64,000 nt of DNA, taken from contig CBDDQX010000002.1 of NCBI GenBank assembly GCA_965232885.1, positions 671,211-735,210 of the forward strand, given 5' to 3'. The position numbers and the translations under genes were made by a program. Below, in pieces: positions 37,057 through 46,412 of this stretch. How positions within the stretch are numbered: position 1 is the stretch's first letter; each line of letters starts with the position of its first letter. The stretch is from Dehalococcoidia bacterium. Lineage in GTDB: Bacteria > Chloroflexota > Dehalococcoidia > Lucifugimonadales > UBA3495. Below the pieces are notes generated by a model. That model was not told the DNA's origin and searched no databases. It worked only from the letters and a program-made list of their open reading frames with translations.

Positions 37057-37809
37057 CTAGCCCCAGGGTTCGTGTATCAATACCAGCTCGGTAAACACAG
37101 CGTGTTCGCAGCCGAAGGCTTGACCGTTTTCCATGGCATGGGCCGCCAGGAACTCGAAGGTCCGGTCAGTGGATTCCGTTCCGAGGTACTCCAGGTAGGC
37201 CTTGTGCTGGCGAAGAGAGTCCATCCCCTGATTCCAGTAGCCGGTCACGTCTATGCCGTGAGTGGGAGCGCCGGGACCAAAGGTGGCTACAAACCGGACA
37301 CCGCCCCACGGCTCCAGACCTTCATCCAGAAGCTCCGGGAATATCCAGCGGTTCGCGGCGTCCCGGGCAGCATCGAACACCGCCATACCCACGTTCCGGT
37401 GGTCTGCCATGTTGAGGTGACCGCTGGGAAATTGCAGGTGGTGACTCAGCGTCAGGATTACGTCCGGCCGGTGCTGGCGGATAAGACGGCTCAGATCGCG
37501 GCGCAGAGGCAAGCCATACTCGATTATCCCGTCGGGGTGCTCCAGGAACTCCACTGTGTCCACGCCCACGACACGAGCGGCGTCAACTTCTTCCTGCGAG
37601 CGTAGCGGCCCAACTTCCGAGGGGTGCATATCGTTGATGCCTGCTTCACCCCGTGAGACCATCACATAGACTACCCGCTTGCCCTGCGCGGTCCACTTGG
37701 CTACGGCGCTGGCGGCTCCGTACTCCATGTCGTCGGGGTGGGCTACGATGGCCAAGGCAGTCTGCCAGTCCTCGGGCATCGTTTCAGACGGGGCTTGTCG
37801 TTGCTGCAT
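37057..37809 (-). CDS. PIG-L/LmbE-family N-acetylglucosaminyl deacetylase
   Basis: LAIVAHPDDMEYGAA motif and a later HxDH region (MADHRNVG). Confidence 0.8.
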   Translation of the reverse strand: MQQRQAPSETMPEDWQTALAIVAHPDDMEYGAASAVAKWTAQGKRVVYVMVSRGEAGINDMHPSEVGPLRSQEEVDAARVVGVDTVEFLEHPDGIIEYGLPLRRDLSRLIRQHRPDVILTLSHHLQFPSGHLNMADHRNVGMAVFDAARDAANRWIFPELLDEGLEPWGGVRFVATFGPGAPTHGIDVTGYWNQGMDSLRQHKAYLEYLGTESTDRTFEFLAAHAMENGQAFGCEHAVFTELVLIHEPWG

Positions 37810-37837
37810 GGGGTGTCCTCTGCAAGTAGTTCAGAAT

Positions 37838-38062
37838 GGGATTTATATCGTATTTTACCCACACACCGTTAAAGCAGGCACTCCTGCCAAAGACAATGGC
37901 ATCCTCAAGCCCCGGAGGCCTTATAAACCGTCATTCCCGCGAAAGCGAGTATCCATGTTGCCGGGTTTCAGCTTATTTGCCGGAGCCGGGGGTCTCTGAA
38001 TTCCCGCTTTCGCGGGAATGACGGGATTTTCCTAACGCTGGGTAAAATTCGATATAATTCCC
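37838..38062 (+). mobile_element. 225-bp MITE, copy 2
   Basis: Identical to 5733-5957. It is flanked by its own 8-bp direct repeat TTCAGAAT (37830-37837 and 38063-38070). Confidence 0.85.
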
Positions 38063-38095
38063 TTCAGAATGATGGCGCGGGTTGAGGTTTCCAGC

Positions 38096-38130
38096 AAAAG
38101 GGGGCCGCCGTCCCTGCAGCGGCCCCGAAA
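38096..38130 (-). terminator. rho-independent terminator of the sdh operon
   Basis: The minus strand reads GGGGCCGC-tgcagggac-GGCGGCCCC followed by CTTTTGCTGG. Confidence 0.5.
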
Positions 38131-38159
38131 AGGCCAGCCTAACGTCGCACAGCCGTACT

Positions 38160-39050
38160 CTAGTGGGCTGCTCCGGCTGGCGTGAGTTGGGTCATCAGCG
38201 GACGAGTGTTGACGATGTGCCGGCGCAAGCCCAATTCCTGCGGACTGATGCCCATCGCCAAGCCGATGGCTTGCGGCATGTGCAGGATGGGAAGCCCAAT
38301 CTCCCGCCCGGCCTGGGCTGCGGCCTTGGGTTGGAAGCTGTCCAGGTTCAGGTGACATAGCGGACAGGGCGTAATCATGGCGTCGGCGCCCAGGTCCTTG
38401 GCCTCGCTGGTGTGTTTGCCCACCATCGCCAGTGAATTGCGCTCGTTGATGGTCAGAATGGGGAAGCCGCAGCAGCGTGTCTTTCCGGAGAAGTCCACCA
38501 CCGTTGCGCCCAGAATCTCTATCAGCCGCTCTAGCGAGTCCTGCCGTTCCGGGTTGTCGGTGAACTGCAGGGCATCGGTGGGACGCACGAGGTAGCATCC
38601 GTAAAATGGGGCCAGACGGACACCGTGAAGGGGGCGCGTTATCAGCTCTTCCAGCCTGTCCAGGCCGTAGTCCTCAATGAGGATCCACAGCAGGTGCTTG
38701 GGGTTGGCGTTACCCTTGTATTCCAGCCCTTCCTCGGCCAGATAGCTGTTTACCTTGGCTCGATATTCCGGGTCGCGCAGCCGGAAATTGGCCTGGCTCA
38801 TCACGCCCTGACAGGTGCTGCAGATTGTCATTATCGGCAGGTCCCAGTACTCCGCCATGGCGAAGGTGCGGGCGTTCAGGGTATCGCCCAGCAATTGGTT
38901 TTTCTCCTGCAAGACACCTGCGCCAGTGCAGGACGCGCCCTGCATTTCCCACAGGTCAATGCCCAACCTTTTGCATATCAACACGGCTGCCGGATAAAGC
39001 TCGGGGCAACCGCCCCGCGAAACGCAGCCAGGGAAGAAAGCGTACCTCAA
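38160..39050 (-). CDS. HdrB-like CCG-domain subunit of succinate dehydrogenase/fumarate reductase (SdhE/SdhC of type-E enzymes)
   Basis: Two cysteine-rich CCG-type domains (FFPGC...CTGAG and FYGCY...TRCCGFP...TPCPLCHLN). It lies directly downstream of sdhA and sdhB. Confidence 0.7.
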   Translation of the reverse strand: MRYAFFPGCVSRGGCPELYPAAVLICKRLGIDLWEMQGASCTGAGVLQEKNQLLGDTLNARTFAMAEYWDLPIMTICSTCQGVMSQANFRLRDPEYRAKVNSYLAEEGLEYKGNANPKHLLWILIEDYGLDRLEELITRPLHGVRLAPFYGCYLVRPTDALQFTDNPERQDSLERLIEILGATVVDFSGKTRCCGFPILTINERNSLAMVGKHTSEAKDLGADAMITPCPLCHLNLDSFQPKAAAQAGREIGLPILHMPQAIGLAMGISPQELGLRRHIVNTRPLMTQLTPAGAAH

Positions 39051-39101
39051 TTCCGGTCTCCCTTTAGAAGCTAGTATCCCGATTGGCGAAAACTGCCAGC
39101 C

Positions 39102-40070
39102 TTAACGCTCGGTCTCGTCCACCTGCTCGAAAAGGCGGCGGACATGTTCGATGCCCTCAATTTTCTTGTGCATGATAGGCGGCATCTTGCCGTGAGTCAG
39201 CGCCTGCAGAGCCACCGGAGCGTAGCCCAGCAAGCCTGAAACGTTGGTCATTCCCAAAGACTTGGGAACTAGGCGCAACTCGTCCAGGGTTCCGCTATGC
39301 TCTACGGACTCGGAGAAGGCTTCGGTGTGGCGGGCGCCATTGGTGTTGTGGAAGCCTGCCTCAATTGCCTGGTCTCGCATCGCCATGATGCGCTCCATAG
39401 GCGCGACACCTTTCGGACAAGCCTGGACGCATTCCAGGCAGCGGGTGCAGTCCCATATCCCCGAAGGCATATTCAACTGCTCCAGCCGCTCTTTGGAAAC
39501 CCCCTCATCATCGCCGTCGCGCGGGTCGGCGGTGAAGCGATACGCCTTGGCCAAGGCAGCAGGACCGAGGAAGGATGGGTCAACTTCCATCACCGTGCAG
39601 TCAGACACGCAGGCGCCGCACATGATACAGGCAGTAACGCTGGACAGGTGCAGCATGGACTCGTTGGAAACGACGTATTCCTGCTCAGGCTCCGGGCCTT
39701 GCGGCTGGAGGTAGGGCTCGACCTCCATTATCTTGTCCCAGAAAAGATCGAAGTTAACCACCAGGTCCTTGACGACCGGCATATTGCCTGCGGGCTCAAC
39801 TTCGATTACGTCCCCTTCCTGCAACACGGCGGCTGTCTGCGTCTTGCAGGCAAGGCCGGCGTGGCCATTGATGCGCATGGCACAGGAACCGCAGATGGAA
39901 CTGCGGCAGGAACAACGCAGGCTCAGAGTGCCATCCAGGTCCTCACGTATCTTGATGAGAGCGTCCAAGACGGTGGAGTTATCTTCGACTTCCAGCGAGT
40001 AGTCCTGCCAGAAAGGCGCGGTGTCCTCCGCTTCCGGGTCCTGGCGCCGCACCCTGATGGTGACGTTCAT
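39102..40070 (-). CDS. sdhB: succinate dehydrogenase/fumarate reductase iron-sulfur subunit
   Basis: Cluster ligands for 2Fe-2S (SLRCSCRSSICGSCAM), CIMCGACVSDC and CTRCLECVQACP. It has a long C-terminal extension. Confidence 0.85.
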   Translation of the reverse strand: MNVTIRVRRQDPEAEDTAPFWQDYSLEVEDNSTVLDALIKIREDLDGTLSLRCSCRSSICGSCAMRINGHAGLACKTQTAAVLQEGDVIEVEPAGNMPVVKDLVVNFDLFWDKIMEVEPYLQPQGPEPEQEYVVSNESMLHLSSVTACIMCGACVSDCTVMEVDPSFLGPAALAKAYRFTADPRDGDDEGVSKERLEQLNMPSGIWDCTRCLECVQACPKGVAPMERIMAMRDQAIEAGFHNTNGARHTEAFSESVEHSGTLDELRLVPKSLGMTNVSGLLGYAPVALQALTHGKMPPIMHKKIEGIEHVRRLFEQVDETER

Positions 40071-40094
40071 CTGTCGCTATCCTTTCTCTCTTTG

Positions 40095-40152
40095 TCTGGG
40101 TTTCCTCCGCCCTTGCACCCCCGCCCTACTCCTCCCCCTCGGGAGAGGGAAT
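40095..40152 (-). repeat. REP-like hairpin element (family A, reverse orientation) between sdhA and sdhB
   Basis: The reverse complement reads ATTCCCTCTCCCGAGGGGGAGGAGTAGGGCGGGGGTGCAAGGGCGG. Confidence 0.6.
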
Positions 40153-40162
40153 CATTGTTGCC

Positions 40163-41842
40163 CTAGTATTTCCTTTCTTCCGGCTCCCACCTGGTGATAC
40201 TGACGGGCGCGTAGGAAATTTCCGGTCCCGTCTCGCCCTTCCTGACTACCAAGTGCTTCATCCAGTTTTCGTCGTCCCGGTCGGGATAGTCCGTGCGGGC
40301 CTGGGCGCCGCGGCTGTCCTTCCGGTCGAGGGCACTGACAACAATCGAGGGCGCGACGTCCAGCATGAAGCCGAGTTCCAGGGCGAACACCAAGTCGGTG
40401 TTGAATACCTTGCCCTTGTTCTCAACAGGCACTGTCTTGAAGCGTTCCTGCAACTGCTCCAGGTCGCCCAGGGATTCTTCCATGCCTTCCTGGTTGCGGT
40501 AGACCGCGAGGTTGCGGTTCATAGATTCGCCCATTCCCAAGCGCACACTGGCTATTCGGTCGCCGTTGGCCGGGCGGTTCAGCAGTCCCTGGATGCGCTT
40601 CTCTTCGTTCCTGACCGCCTGCTCCACGTTGAATTCAACGTAGTCAACGTTGCGGGATGCCTCAGCAGCATGATTGCCGGAGCGCTCGCCGAAAACGATG
40701 GTATCCAACAGCGAGTTGGCCCCCAGACGGTTGCCTCCGTGCACGCTGACGCAGGCGCATTCTCCGGCTGCGTAGACGCCGGGCAGGTTGGTCTGGCCGT
40801 CCACGTCGGTCTTGATACCGCCCATTATGTAATGCATACCGGGTCGAATCGGAATCGGCTCTTTGATCATGTCCGCGCCAGCCAAGTCTATGCCAATCTC
40901 CCGGATCTGGCTGAGCTTCTCCATAATCAGAGATTCGCCCAAGTGGCGGCAGTCCAGCAGGACGCAACCATTGATGCCGTTCCCCGCGTTGATTTCGGTC
41001 TGCTCTGAACGGGACACGACATCGCGGGAGGCCAGCTCCATCATGTTGGGGGCATACTTCTGCATGAAGCGGTTGCCGTCTTTATCCAGCAGGTAGGCCC
41101 CTTCTCCGCGAGCCGCCTCGGAAATCAGAACGCCACTGCCCGCCAGGGTGGTGGGATGGTACTGCACCATCTCCATGTCCATCAGTTGCGCGCCAGCGTT
41201 ATAAGCCAGGGCCATGCCATCACCCGTTACGATAAGGGCGTTGGTGCTGGGCTCGAATACCCGCCCCAAGCCGCCGGTGGCGAATATGACAGTCTTGGCG
41301 CGGATGGCGTAAACCTGGCCGGTACGAATTTCCAGGGCCATCACGCCGCACACCTGCCCGTCCTCTATGATGAGAGAGGTTACGAACCATTCCTCATACC
41401 GGCGGACGCCGGATTTAATGAGCTGCTCGAACATCACGTGGAGCAGCGCTTGTCCGGTAAAATCGCCCACGAAAAAAGTGCGCGCCCGGCGCTGGCCGCC
41501 GAAGGCCCGCGTGCCCAGGTAACCCTCGTCATCACGGTTGAAGGTGACGCCGAAATGCTCCATGTCAATCAGGGCGCGCCCGGCAGACCGGCACATCACC
41601 TCGATGGCGTCCTGATCTCCAAGGAAGTCGCTGCCCTTCACTGTGTCGTAAGCGTGGTCTTCCCAATCGTCTCCGCGGTCGGTGAGGGCCGCGTTGATGC
41701 CGCCCTGAGCGGCGTTGGAGTGGCTGCGGACGGGGTGGACTTTACTGACAATCGCCGTATTTGCGCCATTGGCGCGGGCCGCGATTGCCGCCCGCATACC
41801 GGCAAGTCCGGCGCCTATTACCAGGACATCATGCTCCAGCAT
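40163..41842 (-). CDS. sdhA: succinate dehydrogenase/fumarate reductase flavoprotein subunit
   Basis: DVLVIGAGLAGMRAA FAD motif, RSHSNAAQGGINA (the covalent-FAD His region) and HGGNRLGANSL. Confidence 0.9.
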   Translation of the reverse strand: MLEHDVLVIGAGLAGMRAAIAARANGANTAIVSKVHPVRSHSNAAQGGINAALTDRGDDWEDHAYDTVKGSDFLGDQDAIEVMCRSAGRALIDMEHFGVTFNRDDEGYLGTRAFGGQRRARTFFVGDFTGQALLHVMFEQLIKSGVRRYEEWFVTSLIIEDGQVCGVMALEIRTGQVYAIRAKTVIFATGGLGRVFEPSTNALIVTGDGMALAYNAGAQLMDMEMVQYHPTTLAGSGVLISEAARGEGAYLLDKDGNRFMQKYAPNMMELASRDVVSRSEQTEINAGNGINGCVLLDCRHLGESLIMEKLSQIREIGIDLAGADMIKEPIPIRPGMHYIMGGIKTDVDGQTNLPGVYAAGECACVSVHGGNRLGANSLLDTIVFGERSGNHAAEASRNVDYVEFNVEQAVRNEEKRIQGLLNRPANGDRIASVRLGMGESMNRNLAVYRNQEGMEESLGDLEQLQERFKTVPVENKGKVFNTDLVFALELGFMLDVAPSIVVSALDRKDSRGAQARTDYPDRDDENWMKHLVVRKGETGPEISYAPVSITRWEPEERKY

Positions 41843-42116
41843 ATTGCCCCAATTCCTCCCGAATTGTTCCTAGTTCGAACTTCCCGCGCCGGACGCCTGA
41901 ACAACCAGCGCGTTTCCAAGTCGCGCAATACTATACCACAAAACGTCTCTTTCATCCCCGGTTGATTCCGGGTACTGTCGCGTCCCGATTTACGTGGTAT
42001 GACCACCAACAATCCATCATTTCTGATTTCGGGGGAACCAAGCCCCCTGTCGTCATTCAATTGGACCACCTAAACCGGACCGCTATCTTCCAAGCACCGG
42101 CCCAAGCGCCGGCAGC

Positions 42117-42689
42117 CTACTCCTCTGAGAGCAACGGCTGGGCCAGGAGCAGGGCTGCTATGGTCTTGCCATCGTGAATCTCGCCTGTCTGTATCATCCC
42201 CACGGCATCGGCAAAGGGTATGCGCACCACCTGGATGTTCTCATCGTCGTCCGCGGCCAGCTTCGACGGTGATAGCCCGGTGGCGAGATAGGCGTGCATC
42301 CGCTCGGTGGCCCAGCCGGGCGCGATCCAGAAGCTGGCTAGGTGGCGCAGGTTGGAGGCGGTGTGCCCCACCTCTTCCTGCAACTCCCGCAGCACGGTCT
42401 CCTCGGACACCTCACCGGCTTCCACTCCGCCTGCCGGGGCTTCCAGCAGCGACGACTCGGTGGGCTTGCGGTACTGCCGGACCAGCAGAACGTTGCCGTC
42501 ATCGTCCACGGGAATCATGCACACGGCGTCCGAGTGTTCCGCCACCTCGCGTATGGTCCGCCGTCCGCTGGGCAGTTCAACGGTGTCAACGCGAACGCTG
42601 AAAATACGCCCATCGAAGGGCCGGGAGCTCTCGATGGTGTTCTCAAACTGTACCGGCGTTGATTGAGTATCGGTATCGGTATCAGGCAA
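42117..42689 (-). CDS. NUDIX hydrolase (ADP-ribose pyrophosphatase-like)
   Basis: Nudix box GGVEAGEVSEETVLRELQEEVG. Confidence 0.8.
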   Translation of the reverse strand: MPDTDTDTQSTPVQFENTIESSRPFDGRIFSVRVDTVELPSGRRTIREVAEHSDAVCMIPVDDDGNVLLVRQYRKPTESSLLEAPAGGVEAGEVSEETVLRELQEEVGHTASNLRHLASFWIAPGWATERMHAYLATGLSPSKLAADDDENIQVVRIPFADAVGMIQTGEIHDGKTIAALLLAQPLLSEE

Positions 42690-42701
42690 AATGGGTATCT
42701 C

Positions 42702-43544
42702 CTACTGTCCACGAATACTGAAGCCGAGGCGGCGGGTGAGGGTGCCAAAGAAGTAAGATGGCGGGTTGGCCCGCAGGAAGGTCGCCTTGTAGGGGCTTTG
42801 CGACAATTCAACCCGGTCGCCGGGTTGCAGGTCATAGTCTTCGTAGCCGTCCACGCTGAGGACGGCAGGCTGGTATCCTTCCAGTTGCAGTGAAACCTCG
42901 GCCCCAGAGCGCAACACCAGCGCGGCGGTCAATCCCATGTGAGCCGCCACGGTCTTCAGCACCAGCGCGTCGGACTCCGGGTCCAGTATGGGCCCTCCCA
43001 CAGCCAGGTTGTAGCCCGTGCTGCCGGTGGCGGTGGACAGTATCAGACCATCGGCGCGGAAGGTGGAAATCTGCGCTCCGTCTATCGTACCCGCGATGGA
43101 AACGACTCTGGAAGCGGCTCCTCTGGCTACGACAAAGTCGTTCAGGGCATGATAAGGCCCCTGCTTGATGGTTGACCCGCCCCGGGTAACAGTGGCCTGG
43201 AGCATATTCCGCTCGTCAATTCGATGCCCGCCCTTGAGATAATCGGGCAACTGGGGCATTGCCTCATCAACGGTCAGCTCGGTCATGAAACCCAATCGCC
43301 CCATGTTGATGCCAACAATGGGAATACCCGCAGGGGCGGTAAACCGCACCGCCCGCAGAATGGTGCCATCGCCCCCAACGGTGATTACCAGGTCGGTTCC
43401 CTCGGCTCGCGGCGACAGCGACTCCAGATTCTCGGCGGGCGAGTACCAACTGCCCTCCGGCAAATCCAGCTCGTGCAGTATCGCCATGCTAAGGTCGAGG
43501 GCCTCCGGTATGCGGTTGTTGTAGATGATGCCGACGTTCTTCAT
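42702..43544 (-). CDS. nadK: NAD(+) kinase
   Basis: VGGDGTILRA, NMGRLGFMTE and STGSTGYNLAVGGPI. Confidence 0.9.
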   Translation of the reverse strand: MKNVGIIYNNRIPEALDLSMAILHELDLPEGSWYSPAENLESLSPRAEGTDLVITVGGDGTILRAVRFTAPAGIPIVGINMGRLGFMTELTVDEAMPQLPDYLKGGHRIDERNMLQATVTRGGSTIKQGPYHALNDFVVARGAASRVVSIAGTIDGAQISTFRADGLILSTATGSTGYNLAVGGPILDPESDALVLKTVAAHMGLTAALVLRSGAEVSLQLEGYQPAVLSVDGYEDYDLQPGDRVELSQSPYKATFLRANPPSYFFGTLTRRLGFSIRGQ

Positions 43545-43600
43545 CGCGTCCTTGCCAGTGGTGAAAGGGCGTTAGTGTAGCAGGTTCTTGAAGCAATCCA

Positions 43601-44089
43601 CTACGCCCCGCTTCCGGCGCCTCGTCCGCCCTCTCCTCGCGGTCCCGAAAACAGACCCCGCACCATTCGCAGCATCGACCCCACTCCTGAGGAACCTCCG
43701 TCACCGGCCCCCTGAGGAATCAGGCGGCTGACCATCTCCGTCACTCTCGTCGCCGTTGTAGCGGCAGATCCAATGCTTTGAGCAGCCTCATTTACGGAAT
43801 TGACCGCAGTTCTCAATTCCTCGGTCCCGTCGTTGGCCTTTTCGGTCATGGCAACGAGGTTGCGTGAGGTCTGGGCCATATTATTTGAGGTTTCCTCTGA
43901 AATTCTGGAGAAGTCCGTGGTTATCTTGCTCAGGTTGTCGGCTGCCTGGCGGGAGTTGGCCACAGTTTCCCTAATAGGCCGGTATAGCTTGAGTATGACC
44001 ACGATAAGGACGAGGCAAAGGGCAGCCAGCAACCCGGCGGCCATGATAACGACGACATCCCGTATTGCAGAAGTTGTGCTTGGATCCAT
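43601..44089 (-). CDS. membrane-anchored coiled-coil protein (DUF948-like)
   Basis: A single N-terminal TM segment (VVVIMAAGLLAALCLVLIVVIL) is followed by low-complexity helical repeats. The family assignment is tentative. Confidence 0.4.
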   Translation of the reverse strand: MDPSTTSAIRDVVVIMAAGLLAALCLVLIVVILKLYRPIRETVANSRQAADNLSKITTDFSRISEETSNNMAQTSRNLVAMTEKANDGTEELRTAVNSVNEAAQSIGSAATTATRVTEMVSRLIPQGAGDGGSSGVGSMLRMVRGLFSGPRGEGGRGAGSGA

Positions 44090-44122
44090 GTTGCTAGGTT
44101 CCCTTTTGCGATCAGGCTTCGG

Positions 44123-44551
44123 TTAGTCCAGCCACGGGTTCACCACTTCGACGCCGCAGTCCTCGAACCCCCCAACATCTCTGGTGACCACGGTAGCGCC
44201 GTTAACTCGGGCGATAGCTGCAATCATGCAGTCCAATTCTTTGATCGAGTGGCCAATTATGCGACGAGAGGAGCGTATCTCCGCATAGACCGGAGCGGCA
44301 TCACTCTCAAAGGGAAGAATGCGTCCAGCAAAGCAAACGTCAATCATACGCGATTCCGCAGCCTCCAAGTCTCTCCGGCGGCGTCCTGGGTATAACAACT
44401 CCACGCCGTACCGGAGTTCCGCCTCGGTTATCACCGTAATGTAAAGGCTGCCGAGAGATTGTTGGGCTACCCATTCAAGCACGCCATGATTAGGTCTTGG
44501 ACGAGTCAATTCGGAAACTACGTTAGTATCAAGAATTTTTATATTTCTCAT
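44123..44551 (-). CDS. vapC: type II toxin VapC/FitB (PIN domain)
   Basis: ILDTNVVSEL, ITEAELRYG, DCMIAAIA and TRD motifs (PIN acidic residues). AT-richer. Confidence 0.8.
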   Translation of the reverse strand: MRNIKILDTNVVSELTRPRPNHGVLEWVAQQSLGSLYITVITEAELRYGVELLYPGRRRRDLEAAESRMIDVCFAGRILPFESDAAPVYAEIRSSRRIIGHSIKELDCMIAAIARVNGATVVTRDVGGFEDCGVEVVNPWLD

Positions 44552-44810
44552 CCCATTCCTCTTCCCAGCCAAACCAAGGCGGTTCACCGGCGAATCCGCG
44601 AGAAGGCAATTCCAGGTCCACACCACCCAAAGGTTCGAATATGGCGCGAATAGCTTCGGCAAGATTCTCAGGAGCAGGATGAAGGTGTGGCACTGCCTCT
44701 TCTATAATTCCCTTAGCCTCTTCCTCCACCGTTCGCCCATTAGTCTCGGCTCGCTCGCGTAGCCGCTCAAGTAACCCATCATCCAAGTCAATTATAGTAA
44801 TACTGCCCAC
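44529..44810 (-). CDS. vapB: type II antitoxin VapB/FitA-like (RHH)
   Basis: A GTG at 44810 with a GGGGTGA RBS. It reads (M)GSITIIDLDDGLLERLRERAETNGRTVEEEAK...FEPLGGVDLELPSRG, typical of FitA/StbC antitoxins. Confidence 0.7.
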   Translation of the reverse strand: MGSITIIDLDDGLLERLRERAETNGRTVEEEAKGIIEEAVPHLHPAPENLAEAIRAIFEPLGGVDLELPSRGFAGEPPWFGWEEEWDEKYKNS

Positions 44811-44870
44811 GGGCTCACCCCCGGAACGTTGTCCCCCGATGATAACACGCTTACTCTGCAACCGGGGTAG

Positions 44871-46406
44871 CTACACCCCCAGCGCGCGCACCGCCGCGCC
44901 CGCCGCGGTCATCACGAAGCCCGGAGCCACTCCCATGAACACCAGCGCTGCGGCGGCTACTCCCATGGCCGCCCAAGGAGCCGGATTGCGGGATGGCCGC
45001 GAGTCGGAGACCGCAGGAGGCTGTTGCAGGAACATGAGGCGGATGATGCGCACGTAGTAGTAGGCCGATACCGCGCTGTTGACCACACCGACGATAGCCA
45101 GCCACGCCAGACCGCTGTCCACCGCAGCGGTGAACACGTAGAACTTGGCGATGAATATGCCTGTGGGCGGAACGCCGATGAGAGCTATCAGGGCCAGGGC
45201 CAATATGACCGCCAGCGCCGGAGACCGCGTTACCAGTCCGGCGTAGTCGTTGATCCTGTCGCTGCCCACCCGCTCGCTGATGGCGGCAATGGCGAAAAAG
45301 GCGGTAAGGTTGGCGGCGGTGTATGCCCCCAAGTAGAACAGCACGCTGTCTAGGCCGATGGCGGCGAACACCGGAACGTCCAGTCCGTTCTCCGCTGACT
45401 GTACCGCGGCAGCGACGCCCACCAGCAGGTAACCGGCATGAGCGATGGTGCTGTATCCAAACAGCCGGCGGATGTTGCTCTGCGCGATGGCCACCAAGTT
45501 CCCGATGGTCATTGACGCTGTCGCCAGCGCAGCCATCAAGACCGCCCAGTCCAGCGACACGTCAAAGAAGCCAGTGAAGATCACCCGCAGCAGAACGGCG
45601 AATCCGGCGGCCTTGCTGGCTACGGACAGGAAGGCCACCACTGGGGTCGGAGCGCCTTCGTACACGTCCGGCACCCACATCTGGAAGGGAGCAGCGGAAA
45701 TCTTGAATCCGAACCCGGCCACCAGCAGCACCAGCCCGATCAGGAGAGCGTAGTTGCCGAAGGCCACGCCACTGCCGGCCCGCTGCACGGCGTCTGATAT
45801 ATCCGCCAGGTGAGTGCTGCCCGTGAAGCCGAACACCAAGGCCATCCCATACAGCATGAGCGCCGAGCTTATTGCTCCGATAATCAGGAACTTGATGCCG
45901 GCCTCACTGGAGCGGCCAGTCATCAGGAAGGACCCCAGGGCCGCCAGTGGCAGCGTGGTCAACTCCAGAGCTACGTAAATGGTTATCAACTCGGTCGCGG
46001 CGGCCAGCAGCATCATTCCGGTGGCCGAAAAGAGCAACAGTCCGAAGTATTCCCCTCGTAACCTGGGCATCAGCTTCACGTACTCGGTGGAGGCCAGCAC
46101 CACCAGCGCCGCCGCTCCGGTCACCAGGAAGTTGAAAAACAGCGCAAACCGGTCAACCGACAGGCTGCCCAGCAAAATGCTCACTTCTCCAGCCGATTCG
46201 CCATCCCGGACAAGGTTGGAAGCCTGCCCTAAGTCGTAGAACTGCACCAGGCTGAGAACGAAGGGACCTGCCAGGGTCAGAAAGGCCAGGTACGGAAGCA
46301 GTCCGTGCATCCTTCTGGGAAGCAACAGGTCTAAAATGATGACAAGCAGCGCTGCCCCGGCCATGGCGAGGTACGGCGAAACTACATAAAGGTCATGGGC
46401 GTTCAT
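44871..46406 (-). CDS. nuoN: NADH-quinone oxidoreductase subunit N
   Basis: Polytopic antiporter-like subunit and last gene of the nuo operon. Confidence 0.85.
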   Translation of the reverse strand: MNAHDLYVVSPYLAMAGAALLVIILDLLLPRRMHGLLPYLAFLTLAGPFVLSLVQFYDLGQASNLVRDGESAGEVSILLGSLSVDRFALFFNFLVTGAAALVVLASTEYVKLMPRLRGEYFGLLLFSATGMMLLAAATELITIYVALELTTLPLAALGSFLMTGRSSEAGIKFLIIGAISSALMLYGMALVFGFTGSTHLADISDAVQRAGSGVAFGNYALLIGLVLLVAGFGFKISAAPFQMWVPDVYEGAPTPVVAFLSVASKAAGFAVLLRVIFTGFFDVSLDWAVLMAALATASMTIGNLVAIAQSNIRRLFGYSTIAHAGYLLVGVAAAVQSAENGLDVPVFAAIGLDSVLFYLGAYTAANLTAFFAIAAISERVGSDRINDYAGLVTRSPALAVILALALIALIGVPPTGIFIAKFYVFTAAVDSGLAWLAIVGVVNSAVSAYYYVRIIRLMFLQQPPAVSDSRPSRNPAPWAAMGVAAAALVFMGVAPGFVMTAAGAAVRALGV

Positions 46407-46412
46407 TTTCGA

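Noticed and set aside
37836-38021. ORF-track ORFs running through the MITE copies (37836-38021, 37679-37999, 5558-5767, and the 5757 start of the small membrane ORF)
   Set aside because: They lie in a non-coding repeat that is identical at two loci and has a hairpin structure. The translated motifs (SFPRKRE, IPAFAGMTG) are typical of translated palindromic repeats.
42666-42685. GGTATCGGTATCGGTATC hexamer repeat at the NUDIX gene start as a regulatory element linked to the 11264-11290 repeats
   Set aside because: It lies inside the coding sequence (it encodes DTDTDT), and the shared unit is only 6 nt. That is insufficient evidence for a common operator.
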